Part shown: positions 31,501-41,100 of the stretch, one piece after another
Layout of the letters: each line of letters begins with the position of its first letter
How positions within the stretch are numbered: the first letter of the stretch is position 1
Origin: Tubulanus polymorphus
Taxonomy: Eukaryota > Animalia > Nemertea
Length of the DNA stretch: 64,000 nucleotides
Direction of reading: 5' to 3'
Assembly (NCBI RefSeq): GCF_964204645.1
Contig: NC_134025.1
Span: 5,592,871-5,656,870, forward strand
Notes under the pieces: generated by a model
Told to the model about the DNA's origin: nothing
The model's input: only the letters and a program-made list of their open reading frames with translations
The model's database searches: none
Translations under genes and position numbers: made by a program

Positions 31501-34500
31501 TTTTTTCTATCAAGTTCCTTCTCAGCCGCTGAATGTCCAAGCAAGAGTATGCACACCAGACATGATTGGCATCAGTTGGGACCCGCCTAGCAGATTAAAC
31601 GGTGATGAAAGTGATATTCTTTATTACATTCAATGGCAAATGAAGGGGAAACTTGTGACGATGACCACTAATGAACAATACAGTAGACCCCTGAAACGGC
31701 CAAACGCTTGCCTGCGACATAATTTCAAAATGGGAATGTTACTTCGAAAAATGGCCGACAATACAAGATACAGTTTCTGGGTAGGTAAAACGTAAATTGA
31801 TTTCAATTTGCTCGATCAATTTTCCAGGGAAAACATAAGATTTCATATACTTATATTAATGAACTATGATCGTTCTTCATAGGTTTTGGCTCGAAATCGA
31901 AAAATGGACAAGATACACCATAGCACAAGTAGAGAGGTGACTGTGAAAACTTACGAATATCCAGGCCCATTACATTTGCTACATCGAGGTCGTCGTCAAA
32001 TGACCATGCAGTGGACATCGCCGAGTGATGGCAGTGCTATCCGACATATGATCGTTGCTAGAGAGGTGAGGATTACGTGAATATGCGAAATAATCTTGAT
32101 GATTTTGTTTCTTCATAAGAATATGCGGGTACCGTTTGTTAACCGAATATATATCGAATTGATTATCTTTAGAAAAACCGTCAGAGGTCCAGAGGCCGAC
32201 AAGGATATAAGTTAGATATGACAACGCCAGACACAGTGTACAACATAACTGTGCATGATCTGAAACCGGATACTCTTTACATATTCATAGTTCGGGTAGT
32301 TCTCTTGTCAAAGCGATCGTTCATCTGGCCATTGGATGATCGATACATGTTCAGGACATTACGTAAGTAGTAAGCACATTCATAGGCACCGTCATTTTAT
32401 CTTAACAACTTTCTGAAATTTAACGTTTCTTTGACTCATCAGCTGATGCCCCAGAACGGCCACATCCACCATCTATAAAATCAATTGGTGACAATAAATT
32501 TGAAATTCTTTGGGATGAGCCTGAAGATGGAGGTCGGGTTATTCAGAGATATGTTTTACAATACATGTAAGTTTGTAAAGAAATGCTGTGCATAAGTCAT
32601 TATATTATCAATGTTACATGCATTGCAATGAGAGTTTTCATCAATTTTAGGCATTTGACCGGGGATAATTTGGACTGGGTTACAGTATATAATGGCACAG
32701 AACGCAAATGGCTCGTTGACGGTTTAGCGCCCAATGAAGAGTTTACGTTCCACGTCGCAGCTGTCAATGAAATCGGTTGGAGTGAATACAGCATCAATAG
32801 TTCCGTTTTCTATTTGGATCAGGGTAATTTGTTGTTGAATAGATAAGCGTGTGTGAAAATTGTTTGACAATCTGTGCAAGGGTTATCGTCTACACGTGAA
32901 TTTTGAATATCTATGAAAATCGTTTTATTTTTAGCTGTTAGTGCTGGGATGGACCCCTTGACGGTTATTTTAGCTGGTTCATTTACTGCATTGATGATAC
33001 TAATCATAATTATTGCATCAGTGCTCGTCTCATGTAAGTAGTTCTTCACGAATTCCAGAGATCTTTAACTTCTATATTTCGGAAAGACTATATGATAATA
33101 CGATTGTATCAGAATGAAGAATATCGTTTTATATAAAAATGTTCTAATGACAATTAATTATCATCATTATCATCTCATAACCATTTCATATTCGAGACAT
33201 TTCATTAAAGCTAATAGCTTTATAGAATAGTGATACCTATTCTATATTCGTATCCGTTCTGTACATATATTGTGTCATTTTGTAAGTTGATGTACAAAGT
33301 AATGTATCATAGTTCCTTTACACGTTCTTGTTGCTTGTACATATATTAGTTAGTCCCGTATTCTGATCAAATTTAGAATTGGACATAACTGCATATGCAG
33401 TTAACATGTACTCAACACACTGTTTAGTAGTTTCCTTCGTACTGTTGATTGTTAAAACCCAAATATCAGAACTTTCATCAAATTTGTTGCATTTGACGTA
33501 CATATCAATGAAACTTTTTGCTATTTGGGTTTCATGTTATTTGTTTATCATTTTCACCTGCATTCATATAATCTCATGATCACATAAGTCATTTTGTCCA
33601 TTACTATCTTAATTATAGGTGATTGTATTTCAGTCTTCCGTAAGAGAAATAGAATGAAGAAAATACCCGTTAGTTTCATAGTTACGTCTAACGGCACGGA
33701 CGTTGAATTAGCGAATCTACGCGAATTACCGGCAATATCAGTACAGCAAACCAATACACTGTATGCCATTGGGTAATTTTGAACCTTTTTGCTTTTGTTA
33801 GAAGAATGTATTTTTCATCACGCAGGTCATGTGATTTGGTAAATCGCTTAGATTTCCAATTTTTCAATTCGAAAAGCGATGAAGAATACAACGTCTGCCT
33901 CATTACGTTTTTCTTTCGTTGATTTCGTTGTTGCATAAAGCAAATTATTTTCTCCGTGTTTTACACCATATTTGGCGATCTTAATCCATCCGCTTATTTA
34001 TTCTTTATTTTGTTTATGTCGTGGATAATCTCGAGTGAAAAAAAACTTAGTAGACTAGAGTTATCTATCATTATTTGCTGTGTGTTTCATATTTAATGCA
34101 ATTTGAAAAACGCCTGATAATCATTCGTTCATTATATTTCATTGTTAGTATTGTCCCGTCTGAGGAAGAGATTGCAAAATTGCCTCATTTCCGCCGCGAT
34201 CAACTCACGTTGACGAAATTCCTCGGAAGTGGTGCATTCGGAGAAGTGTTTGAAGGCTGTGCTACGAATATTTTGGGTGATTCTACGGGCGAAACTAAAG
34301 TAGCAGTGAAGGTTAGTTGAATTATCTATTACCATTACGAGATATATCATAAGATGTGCGTATACGACTTCATTACTCCTGTCTCATTTCAGACGTTACG
34401 GAAGGGAGCATCAGCTGTAGAAAAAGACGAATTTCTAAAAGAAGCTCTTTTGATGAGCAATTTTAAACATGAGCACATATTGCGACTATTGGGTGTGTGT

Positions 34501-37500
34501 CTCGAAAATGACCCGCAGTTTATAATATTGGAACTGATGCAAGGTGGTGACCTACTGTCATTCCTGCGAGTGTCTCGTCCAACATTGGTGAGTATTTCAC
34601 GGGATCTGTCTAGAGTATGTTCACAGTTCAGTTCCTCCATTTTCACTATAAGTATTTCTCATATTTTGCAGAATTGTGCTCCTCTTCTGACATTGCCAGA
34701 TCTCATTAGTATATCAGTAGATGTCGCACGGGGCTGTGAATATTTAGAGGAAATGCATTTTGTTCATAGGTGAGATTTAGTTTATTTTCTTGAGTTATAC
34801 AGATTCATAGCTTTATTTAGGAGGATTAAAGCGCAGATCTGGATTTAATGAAAATAAGGAATTACCGTACACGTTACTTATACTTTATTAACTTTCTATT
34901 TTGAATAGGGATTTGGCAGCAAGAAACTGTTTAGTAGCACCAGCAGCTGGTGGATCGCGTCTGTTGGTGAAAATTGGAGATTTTGGCTTAGCTCGTGATA
35001 TTTATAAAAATGATTATTATCGTAAAGAAGGTGAAGGATTACTACCAGTGCGATGGATGTCTCCGGAATCATTGATGGATGGAGTATTTACTACACAATC
35101 AGATGTCTGGTGTGTAGATTGTTTTTTTTTTGAAGGGATGTGTTTTAATGGTGTTAAACTGTATTACGAATATCTATCTTTTCTTTTAAGGGCATTTGGT
35201 GTATTGGTTTGGGAAGTAATGACTCTAGGACAACAGCCCTATCCAGCACGAACGAATATAGAAGTTTTGCATTTTGTTCGAAATGGTGGTCGTTTAGATA
35301 AACCAGAAGGCTGCCCATCAGACCTGTAAGTTTTATATTTACATGTTCATGCACATGTATTCTAACATGACCACAGATTTCTTATATGCCATTATGATAC
35401 TTTAGATATTCGCTGATGCTGCAGTGTTGGTGTTACTGTCCCGATGATCGGCCGTCATTCTGTTATCTCCGCCAACAGTTACAACAGCTCAGTGATAAAG
35501 CAGCAGAATTTTCAGAGGCATTGCTAATTGGTAGGCTTATGACAGGTAAGACGTGCCTGCATGCATTGAGCACGTTGTTTGAGCCTGGTTTTTAAACGTT
35601 AAAAAAAGTTGTTTAAGGTTCGTTGATGTCTATGTGGCCACGCATGTGTATGTTCGAAAACTCCAGTTCCAAATCACCCGATCTCACTCCGGAGGAAAAT
35701 ACCTCCACAATTGAAAATGGACAATCAATAGCGTTTGATTGAGGGCTTTTAAATGTATAAAATGAATGATTTGTTTATAGAGTGTTAATAATATTTCTTA
35801 GATGTTCATTATGAGATTTTTGTAAAGGATTGTTTTGTTTGGATACTATTTCGCATGTGCTTAGATAGAATGATGAATGTTGACTATTGCATGATTTATT
35901 TGAATACTCTGTTATCAATTCCAAAAATACACTGTTCACTGTGGACTCTATGATCCTTTCTGGTGATACGTTTTATGCCATCGGTACTTTGTATCTGCAA
36001 AACCGTCCTTATGCATCCTATATGTTGTATCTTCGGTCTATATCGTCATAAACTGGTGAAGATCCTTCCGATGTTTCCTTCCTTTCGTTTGAACCAGGGA
36101 TTCTCGTTTCCCTTTAAGTTTCCCTACATTTCCGTTGTCAGGATGATATTCAATGTTGTATCTTCGAAGGAATGCTTATCATTATTCAATGCATCATGAC
36201 TTGGTGGCTACTGTCTAGCATCTGTATGTTGTGAACGCTAAGCGATTTCTTTTCGGATAATTTGGCCTTATTTCTTCTTTAGAGATTTAAATATTTCTAA
36301 TATTTATGACATAGTCTCAAAAATATCTCAAGCCAACTGTTTCGATTCGTTTTCATCGAGGAAAGGATTTTCGAATTACTTATGAGAAAGTTTCAATCGT
36401 GGCAAATTTTTCTATGAAAAAAATCAAATTAATAACGGGACTGAATGCATAGAATTTATTTTATCTGTTGCTCAGGTGGATTTGATAATCTTGCATTTGA
36501 TACGCTGGAGGCCCAGTCTAGCCGTAAAAAGAAATATCCCAATAAATTATGCGTCAACCTTTCACCCAGAAGCAAAAAGAAATTAGGTGAGAATGGACTT
36601 TTGAAATTTGCCGCCAAGTGAGAAGAGCTCTAATCAGAAATCATCTTGAATATTACAAATATTCAACGACTTTAGGTTGTTGCTAAAACTGGTGTAAACT
36701 GGACCTATTTTATGTAATCATTGGTGTTTACCAATGGATTACTTCGCTATGACTGATCTTCACCAGTTTATAGAAAATCATAGACTCTGCAAGATACACC
36801 ATGATAGCACAAATGAAATTTGTTTAGTATAGTTTCGCCCTATTATAAATTGGAATTGAAGTACTAACTTTTCGTTGATTTCAGCTGTCCATATTCCTGA
36901 TTCTATGAAGATTCTTACCAGACGTAAGCATAAATTACGAACGTTGTTCGGTTGTTATGATGATAGTGTTGTACCACAAAGTCCCGTGGGAGATGAGGTG
37001 AGCAAATTAAAGACACAAAAGCTGTGTTTTTCTTACCAAGAGATTTTTCCTTACCTAAGAAATATTGCATTTTACAGTATTTGACCGCACGACATGGACG
37101 TATGAAACGAGCGCTCTCATTTGACAGTAATCAGTTCAATATGGCAAAAGCGCAAGAAGAGGCTGAATGCATACGATTAGATGCGTTGGGGTATTTGAGA
37201 CCGAATCAAGGCGAGATGCCAAAATATCTGGAACTAATCGCAGATCCGACGGCAGCGCCTGCGCAAACTGGTTTGGATAACGCGACGGACAGTGATAACG
37301 ATGATAGCGTTAGTACGCGGATGGGCCATGAGATGACGCCGCCATTATCCGCTGATTCTCTAACACGTTCGCGTAAATCAGCTGAACGAGTAGTAGTCGT
37401 CGATCAGGAGATTATTCCACGCGAATTACAAGGCTCCGAAAGCGTCATTTCGCATCCGCTGAGCTCAAGCGACAGTCAAACGACGATTGGTCCATCGCCC

Positions 37501-38199
37501 GTCAATCGACAGGATTCTGTTCGCAAGAAACATCCTCCGACACGATTGAACGGACTTATCGCCAACATCGACCCTACGCAGACGAAGAGTAACAAAGATA
37601 TAAAAAGCGAGAATGATGAAACTTCCGACTCGATGTGTCTGACGCAGCTTGAAGATATCAGCAGCCCAGAAATCATTCACCACAAACGTAAGCGTAGTTA
37701 CACACCCTTACCGACAAGTGATCTGGACTCCTCTATCAGTAGCGATGACGCGGAGGATGAAGAGGAGGATGATGAATACGATCCATTATCTGGTAGTACG
37801 CAAAGCTGCGGCCAAAGTGCGGGCCGCAAAATCACTGGGACCATTAACTATGCACAATTGGCTCTAAATTCCGAGAGTGACAGCGAATGTGATACGCTCG
37901 GGCGTAGACGGTCCCAGAAACGATCGCGGCACAGTCGGTCGAGTCGACACGCGACAAATGGAAATACTCCAAGACTATCGCGGCCGCAAAGACTTGATTA
38001 TAAGAATAATCGCAGACTAAATGAAGTCGATTACGAATGCACCGGGTTACACGTCGGTGGTAATAGTTACACTCGCATGCCGGTCATGGGAACACGTATC
38101 AGTCCGGGCCATACACCGCGACGTAAAGGTGACTACATGAACATAAGACATGGCGAGGAAAGTGAACTGAAACCAGACGTTCCATGCGTACGAATTTGA
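22380..38199 (+). CDS. ROS1: ROS1/sevenless-family receptor tyrosine kinase, complete gene (36 coding exons, about 2617 aa)
   Basis: Spliced translation gives signal peptide, FN3 repeats, YWTD beta-propeller repeats (YLYWT, LYWLA, LYWTE, LYWSN), TM helix [33 protein letters not shown], then kinase motifs [85 protein letters not shown]. The pattern is strongly ROS1/sevenless-like. All 35 junctions are GT-AG with consistent phase, and total CDS 7854 nt is divisible by 3. Confidence 0.9.
22697..22911 (+). CDS. ROS1: RTK exon 2 (FN3 domain 1)
   Basis: Acceptor ttttacag, encodes [22 protein letters not shown]...YLRPYTRYQ, donor CAGgtaata. Anchored to ORF 22615-22977. Confidence 0.8.
23784..23865 (+). 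CDS. ROS1: RTK exon 3 (FN3-1 F/G strands, FRIVAKIT...)
   Basis: Joins to give YTRYQFRIVA, the FN3 Y.F.V.A motif. Donor GGACgtaagt. Confidence 0.75.
24048..24344 (+). CDS. ROS1: RTK exon 4 (FN3 domain 2)
   Basis: [37 protein letters not shown]...[21 protein letters not shown], donor Ggtgagc. Confidence 0.8.
24539..24661 (+). CDS. ROS1: RTK exon 5
   Basis: Acceptor tctttag, donor TTTGgtaagt, phase-consistent with exons 4 and 6. Confidence 0.7.
25917..26095 (+). CDS. ROS1: RTK exon 6 (beta-propeller 1)
   Basis: [25 protein letters not shown]...[13 protein letters not shown], donor ACGgtaaat. Confidence 0.75.
26154..26169. repeat. Poly(C) homopolymer C16 in RTK intron 6
   Basis: ggaCCCCCCCCCCCCCCCCatattc. 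Confidence 0.9.
26363..26457 (+). CDS. ROS1: RTK exon 7
   Basis: [32 protein letters not shown] matches the ROS1 CDLENC...SYNGY region. Confidence 0.75.
26535..26968 (+). CDS. ROS1: RTK exon 8 (YWTD repeats)
   Basis: [18 protein letters not shown]...[10 protein letters not shown], anchored to ORF 26521-26982, donor CAGgtaaat. Confidence 0.8.
27102..27194 (+). CDS. ROS1: RTK exon 9 (FN3 start)
   Basis: [31 protein letters not shown], acceptor ttgattttcag, donor AAAGgtgagt. Confidence 0.7.
27502..27708 (+). CDS. ROS1: RTK exon 10 (FN3)
   Basis: [18 protein letters not shown]...[27 protein letters not shown]. Confidence 0.8.
27824..28119 (+). CDS. ROS1: RTK exon 11 (beta-propeller 2)
   Basis: [22 protein letters not shown]...[17 protein letters not shown]. 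Confidence 0.8.
28197..28546 (+). CDS. ROS1: RTK exon 12 (YWTD repeats)
   Basis: ...[22 protein letters not shown]...[19 protein letters not shown]... Confidence 0.8.
28634..28797 (+). CDS. ROS1: RTK exon 13 (propeller 2 end)
   Basis: [24 protein letters not shown]...[11 protein letters not shown]. Confidence 0.8.
28908..29083 (+). CDS. ROS1: RTK exon 14 (FN3)
   Basis: [38 protein letters not shown]... Confidence 0.75.
29160..29289 (+). CDS. ROS1: RTK exon 15 (FN3 end)
   Basis: [43 protein letters not shown]. Confidence 0.75.
29387..29886 (+). CDS. ROS1: RTK exon 16 (FN3 + propeller 3 start)
   Basis: ...[25 protein letters not shown]...[23 protein letters not shown], anchored to ORF 29494-29940. 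Confidence 0.8.
29966..30162 (+). CDS. ROS1: RTK exon 17 (YWTD)
   Basis: [43 protein letters not shown]... Confidence 0.8.
30255..30547 (+). CDS. ROS1: RTK exon 18 (YWTD)
   Basis: [28 protein letters not shown]...CSCSALKL... Confidence 0.8.
30634..30804 (+). CDS. ROS1: RTK exon 19 (YWTD)
   Basis: [40 protein letters not shown]...GPHLQPLP. Confidence 0.8.
30979..31193 (+). CDS. ROS1: RTK exon 20 (FN3)
   Basis: [31 protein letters not shown]...[14 protein letters not shown]... Confidence 0.75.
31272..31413 (+). CDS. ROS1: RTK exon 21 (FN3)
   Basis: [47 protein letters not shown]. Confidence 0.75.
31515..31780 (+). CDS. ROS1: RTK exon 22 (FN3)
   Basis: [45 protein letters not shown]...RYSFW. 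Confidence 0.75.
31883..32065 (+). CDS. ROS1: RTK exon 23 (FN3)
   Basis: [36 protein letters not shown]...[22 protein letters not shown]. Confidence 0.75.
32173..32362 (+). CDS. ROS1: RTK exon 24 (FN3)
   Basis: ...[43 protein letters not shown]. Confidence 0.7.
32443..32566 (+). CDS. ROS1: RTK exon 25 (FN3 start)
   Basis: [41 protein letters not shown]. Confidence 0.7.
32651..32823 (+). CDS. ROS1: RTK exon 26 (FN3, membrane-proximal)
   Basis: [58 protein letters not shown]. Confidence 0.8.
32935..33033 (+). CDS. ROS1: RTK exon 27 (transmembrane helix)
   Basis: [33 protein letters not shown] is a 23+ residue hydrophobic run. Acceptor tttttag, donor TCATgtaagt. Confidence 0.75.
33619..33772 (+). 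CDS. ROS1: RTK exon 28 (juxtamembrane; alternative acceptor at 33634)
   Basis: ...[46 protein letters not shown]. Both AGs, at 33618 and 33633, are in frame. Confidence 0.65.
34149..34311 (+). CDS. ROS1: RTK exon 29 (kinase N-lobe: P-loop and VAVK lysine)
   Basis: [55 protein letters not shown]. Confidence 0.85.
34393..34587 (+). CDS. ROS1: RTK exon 30 (kinase: alphaC, hinge)
   Basis: [59 protein letters not shown]... Confidence 0.85.
34672..34769 (+). CDS. ROS1: RTK exon 31 (kinase)
   Basis: [32 protein letters not shown]. Confidence 0.85.
34909..35109 (+). CDS. ROS1: RTK exon 32 (catalytic loop HRDLAARN, DFG, activation loop)
   Basis: [67 protein letters not shown]. Confidence 0.9.
35191..35325 (+). 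CDS. ROS1: RTK exon 33 (kinase C-lobe)
   Basis: [46 protein letters not shown]. Confidence 0.85.
35406..35545 (+). CDS. ROS1: RTK exon 34 (kinase end)
   Basis: [28 protein letters not shown]..., donor ACAGgtaaga. Confidence 0.75.
36885..36997 (+). CDS. ROS1: RTK exon 35 (C-terminal tail)
   Basis: Phase-consistent junction with exon 34 (G + CT). Acceptor tttcag, donor GAGgtgagc. Confidence 0.6.
37078..38199 (+). CDS. ROS1: RTK exon 36 (long acidic/Ser-rich C-terminal tail, stop TGA 38197-38199)
   Basis: 374-codon open frame in phase with exon 35. Low complexity with Tyr motifs (YMNI, DEYDPL, YAQL, YECTG). Confidence 0.6.
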   Translation, partial: YLTARHGRMKRALSFDSNQFNMAKAQEEAECIRLDALGYLRPNQGEMPKYLELIADPTAAPAQTGLDNATDSDNDDSVSTRMGHEMTPPLSADSLTRSRKSAERVVVVDQEIIPRELQGSESVISHPLSSSDSQTTIGPSPVNRQDSVRKKHPPTRLNGLIANIDPTQTKSNKDIKSENDETSDSMCLTQLEDISSPEIIHHKRKRSYTPLPTSDLDSSISSDDAEDEEEDDEYDPLSGSTQSCGQSAGRKITGTINYAQLALNSESDSECDTLGRRRSQKRSRHSRSSRHATNGNTPRLSRPQRLDYKNNRRLNEVDYECTGLHVGGNSYTRMPVMGTRISPGHTPRRKGDYMNIRHGEESELKPDVPCVRI

Positions 38200-41100
38200 C
38201 ATTTTTCTCATATATTCCCAGTTGTGATGCTCATTGTTTTTGTTGATTTCAGGCATATTGTTGATTGTTGTCTGAACACATATTTTATACTGGTCTCAGC
38301 CGCTGGTTGTCTGTTTTACGATTCAGACAGACAGTCGGGAGTTAAGATCAGAACGTTGTTATAGTGTGCATGTCAAAATTATTCGATGGTGTATTGAAAC
38401 ACACAACAAGGTTTCAGATTGATCTAATCTGGTGGCTTAGTCGAGATGTGCAGTGTGAAAATAAAGCAACTCGATAACACAATGAAATGGAGTATTCGTT
38501 GCTTTTTACTTTGAAATTCTGACAATTGGATGCTATAAATCCTAAATATCCAATAAAAAAGTTTGAAAAAAAGCTTGTGAATGTCATACAGCAAAACATA
38601 TTTGATAAATCGTTCCATGAGCTTCATATTCTTGGTCATGAGTAAACTGAAAAGCATTCTGTAACATCTTCGTTTTATATTATTGAAACTAATCGTAACA
38701 ATCAATCTTTGCATCAATTTCATGAATACGTATATTGTCCTTGGTTTTCTATGTAATTTTTTGTACTCGGTGAACGCGACAACAAATTTCGGGACGAAGC
38801 TTTCCAAAATTAGCTGAGAGCAGCTCCCACGCACAATAGGACCATTTCATTGTACTGCTGAATTCACGTAAGGCAACTTTTCAAAAAAGACCGAAGTACC
38901 GCTTGCATATTATGATGTATTCAGTGTCACTGTAATTGATTGTTTTTATCGTCAATTTGCCTTAATGATGCATGGCAGCGTATTGAAAAAATGTGTCTGG
39001 ATGGGTTGATCTTCAATTTCAGTTCAAGTTCAGTAACGTATAGTTGATCAATTGTAGGTGATCTCATTCGGTGAACCCTATAGTGTGATACGTGTATATG
39101 GGCATATTGGCTTAGAATTGATAGCTACTCGTTTTTGTTCGGTTCTTTCATTCTTTAAAAGATAATCCAAATTTTAAACTTAGCATAAGAGTACTACTAT
39201 TGTATATTTCTTCTTACGATTGTTAAAATATTGATAAGTTTTTTGTTTCGAATTTAGCGCATGCATACTGCTTTTTAAGTGTTGAATAATAAAGAAAATG
39301 TAATGAGAGAATATGATAAATGAATTTCCTTCCAAATCATATAATATAATATGTCTTTTTATCTGGATGTATACTGATCTAATCTTACGAAAGTCGAGCG
39401 TAAATTGTGTAAAATAGAGAAAATTTGTAAGTATAAATCCCATCCAGAAATTTTCATTCAGAAATTATGTTGTTCGAATGGAGGCATATGTGCATGTCAA
39501 AATTTAGATCGTGATATGTTAGTGAATATGGGTGTATTGCTTTAGAAAGGAGAGGCCAGTAATTAAGACGCTGTACACAATTTATGTTGTCTTTTTGGTG
39601 AAATCGTCAATGTATCATTGTATTTGCATAAAGGATACTTTGGTTGTAGGTGAAATTTGAGGATCACCATGGTGAATTCGATTTCAATGAGAAAAAAATT
39701 AAAGACATTAACATTTATATCATTGTTACTATATGATATGAAACTGCAGAGCATAAAGATAAATTTGAAACAAAAACTTGTTAAAAAATCCATTCAATTG
39801 CGCTAACTTGTTGAGAAGGCCCACGCTGTAGAAATAAATCTGATTACCGTTGATAAATCTACTGATTTGGATAGAATTTCTGCTCTTTCCTTTTGGCGTT
39901 AATAGAAACACTCATTGAATGAAAAGTTATTAGTGATTAAGGCAATCAAACTCCAATCGAAAATGTGATGTGACAAACTGTCTCGAAAGAGGAAACACAT
40001 AGTTTCTTCAGCTTGTAAGAAATTATTGGTCATCGGTGATAATTGTACATAAAGCCTCTTAATTAACAAGCTGTATAAAACCTGTGTCTAGTAATGATAT
40101 TAATGAAGATAATAAATTGTCGTATAGTTTGTATATCGGTGGTGTGAACACGAATGTTTCGTCGCTACGAACAGGGATTTCTAAGCTCCCAATCTCCCAG
40201 TTACAAAGTAATCGATGATGAATATAGTCAAAAGTGTAAATGTACTATATAAATTGTATAATTATTATAAGGTGTATACATTTTCCTATCTATAGTACAT
40301 ATTATATAACATAATATATACACGTATATACATGTGCATCTGCGCGCATCGTATAATATTGTAATATATATTTTATTGTGTATTGGGTCTATCGGGTACT
40401 GTATAATCAAAATATTGAGAAAGTGGCATAGAATGAAAAATGACAAGGTAAACTAAGTGGGAAGTCATTGTTTTTTCTGTTGCTGGTTACGAAGTGAACA
40501 GTTGTATTGTATTGTTTTCTTATTTCGATAATATATCATTTGTTTATGTGATTATCTGCTCAAAAACAGGTAATTATGAAGCTTGTTTGGACGCGAGCGT
40601 CCCTCACCAACGGGCTTGATAATTATCTGTACACAATCAGCATGACCTGATATTGTGGACCAGTATTTGGCATTGATGACTCACCACAATAGATCCATAA
40701 CTAAGAACTCAAAATGTAAAGTACTACAAAAAAAACAGCAACGGCGAATGCTGTGCCTTTAAAGGGTTATGTTACATTTTGGTATTCTATGTTATTTTTG
40801 GTTTTGTATGGATTATATATACGTAGTTCGTTGTGTAATGATTTTTGCTCAATTGCAGCGCCGGGATGTACATTTTTTTGCATAAACGGTAGCTGTAAGA
40901 TTATTACTTATTTTGTTTAGATATTACTCATTATATTGTGTACATGTGTGTATATTTTAAGGGTATATATATATTTGTGGTGGAATTCGTTATGCCCTTT
41001 TAGTGCTGCTGTCAGTTTGAAAACAAATCAGATATAGATTGGAACAAATTGGCTCATGGTTATAAACCTACTCCTGTATTGTTACGATTACTGAAAGAGA

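Noticed and set aside
37465-37867. Antisense and alternative-frame ORFs inside the RTK tail exon (also 43446-43781 and 43848-44129 inside the intronless gene).
   Set aside because: They overlap longer, better-supported sense ORFs, and their existence is typical of GC-richer low-complexity coding sequence.
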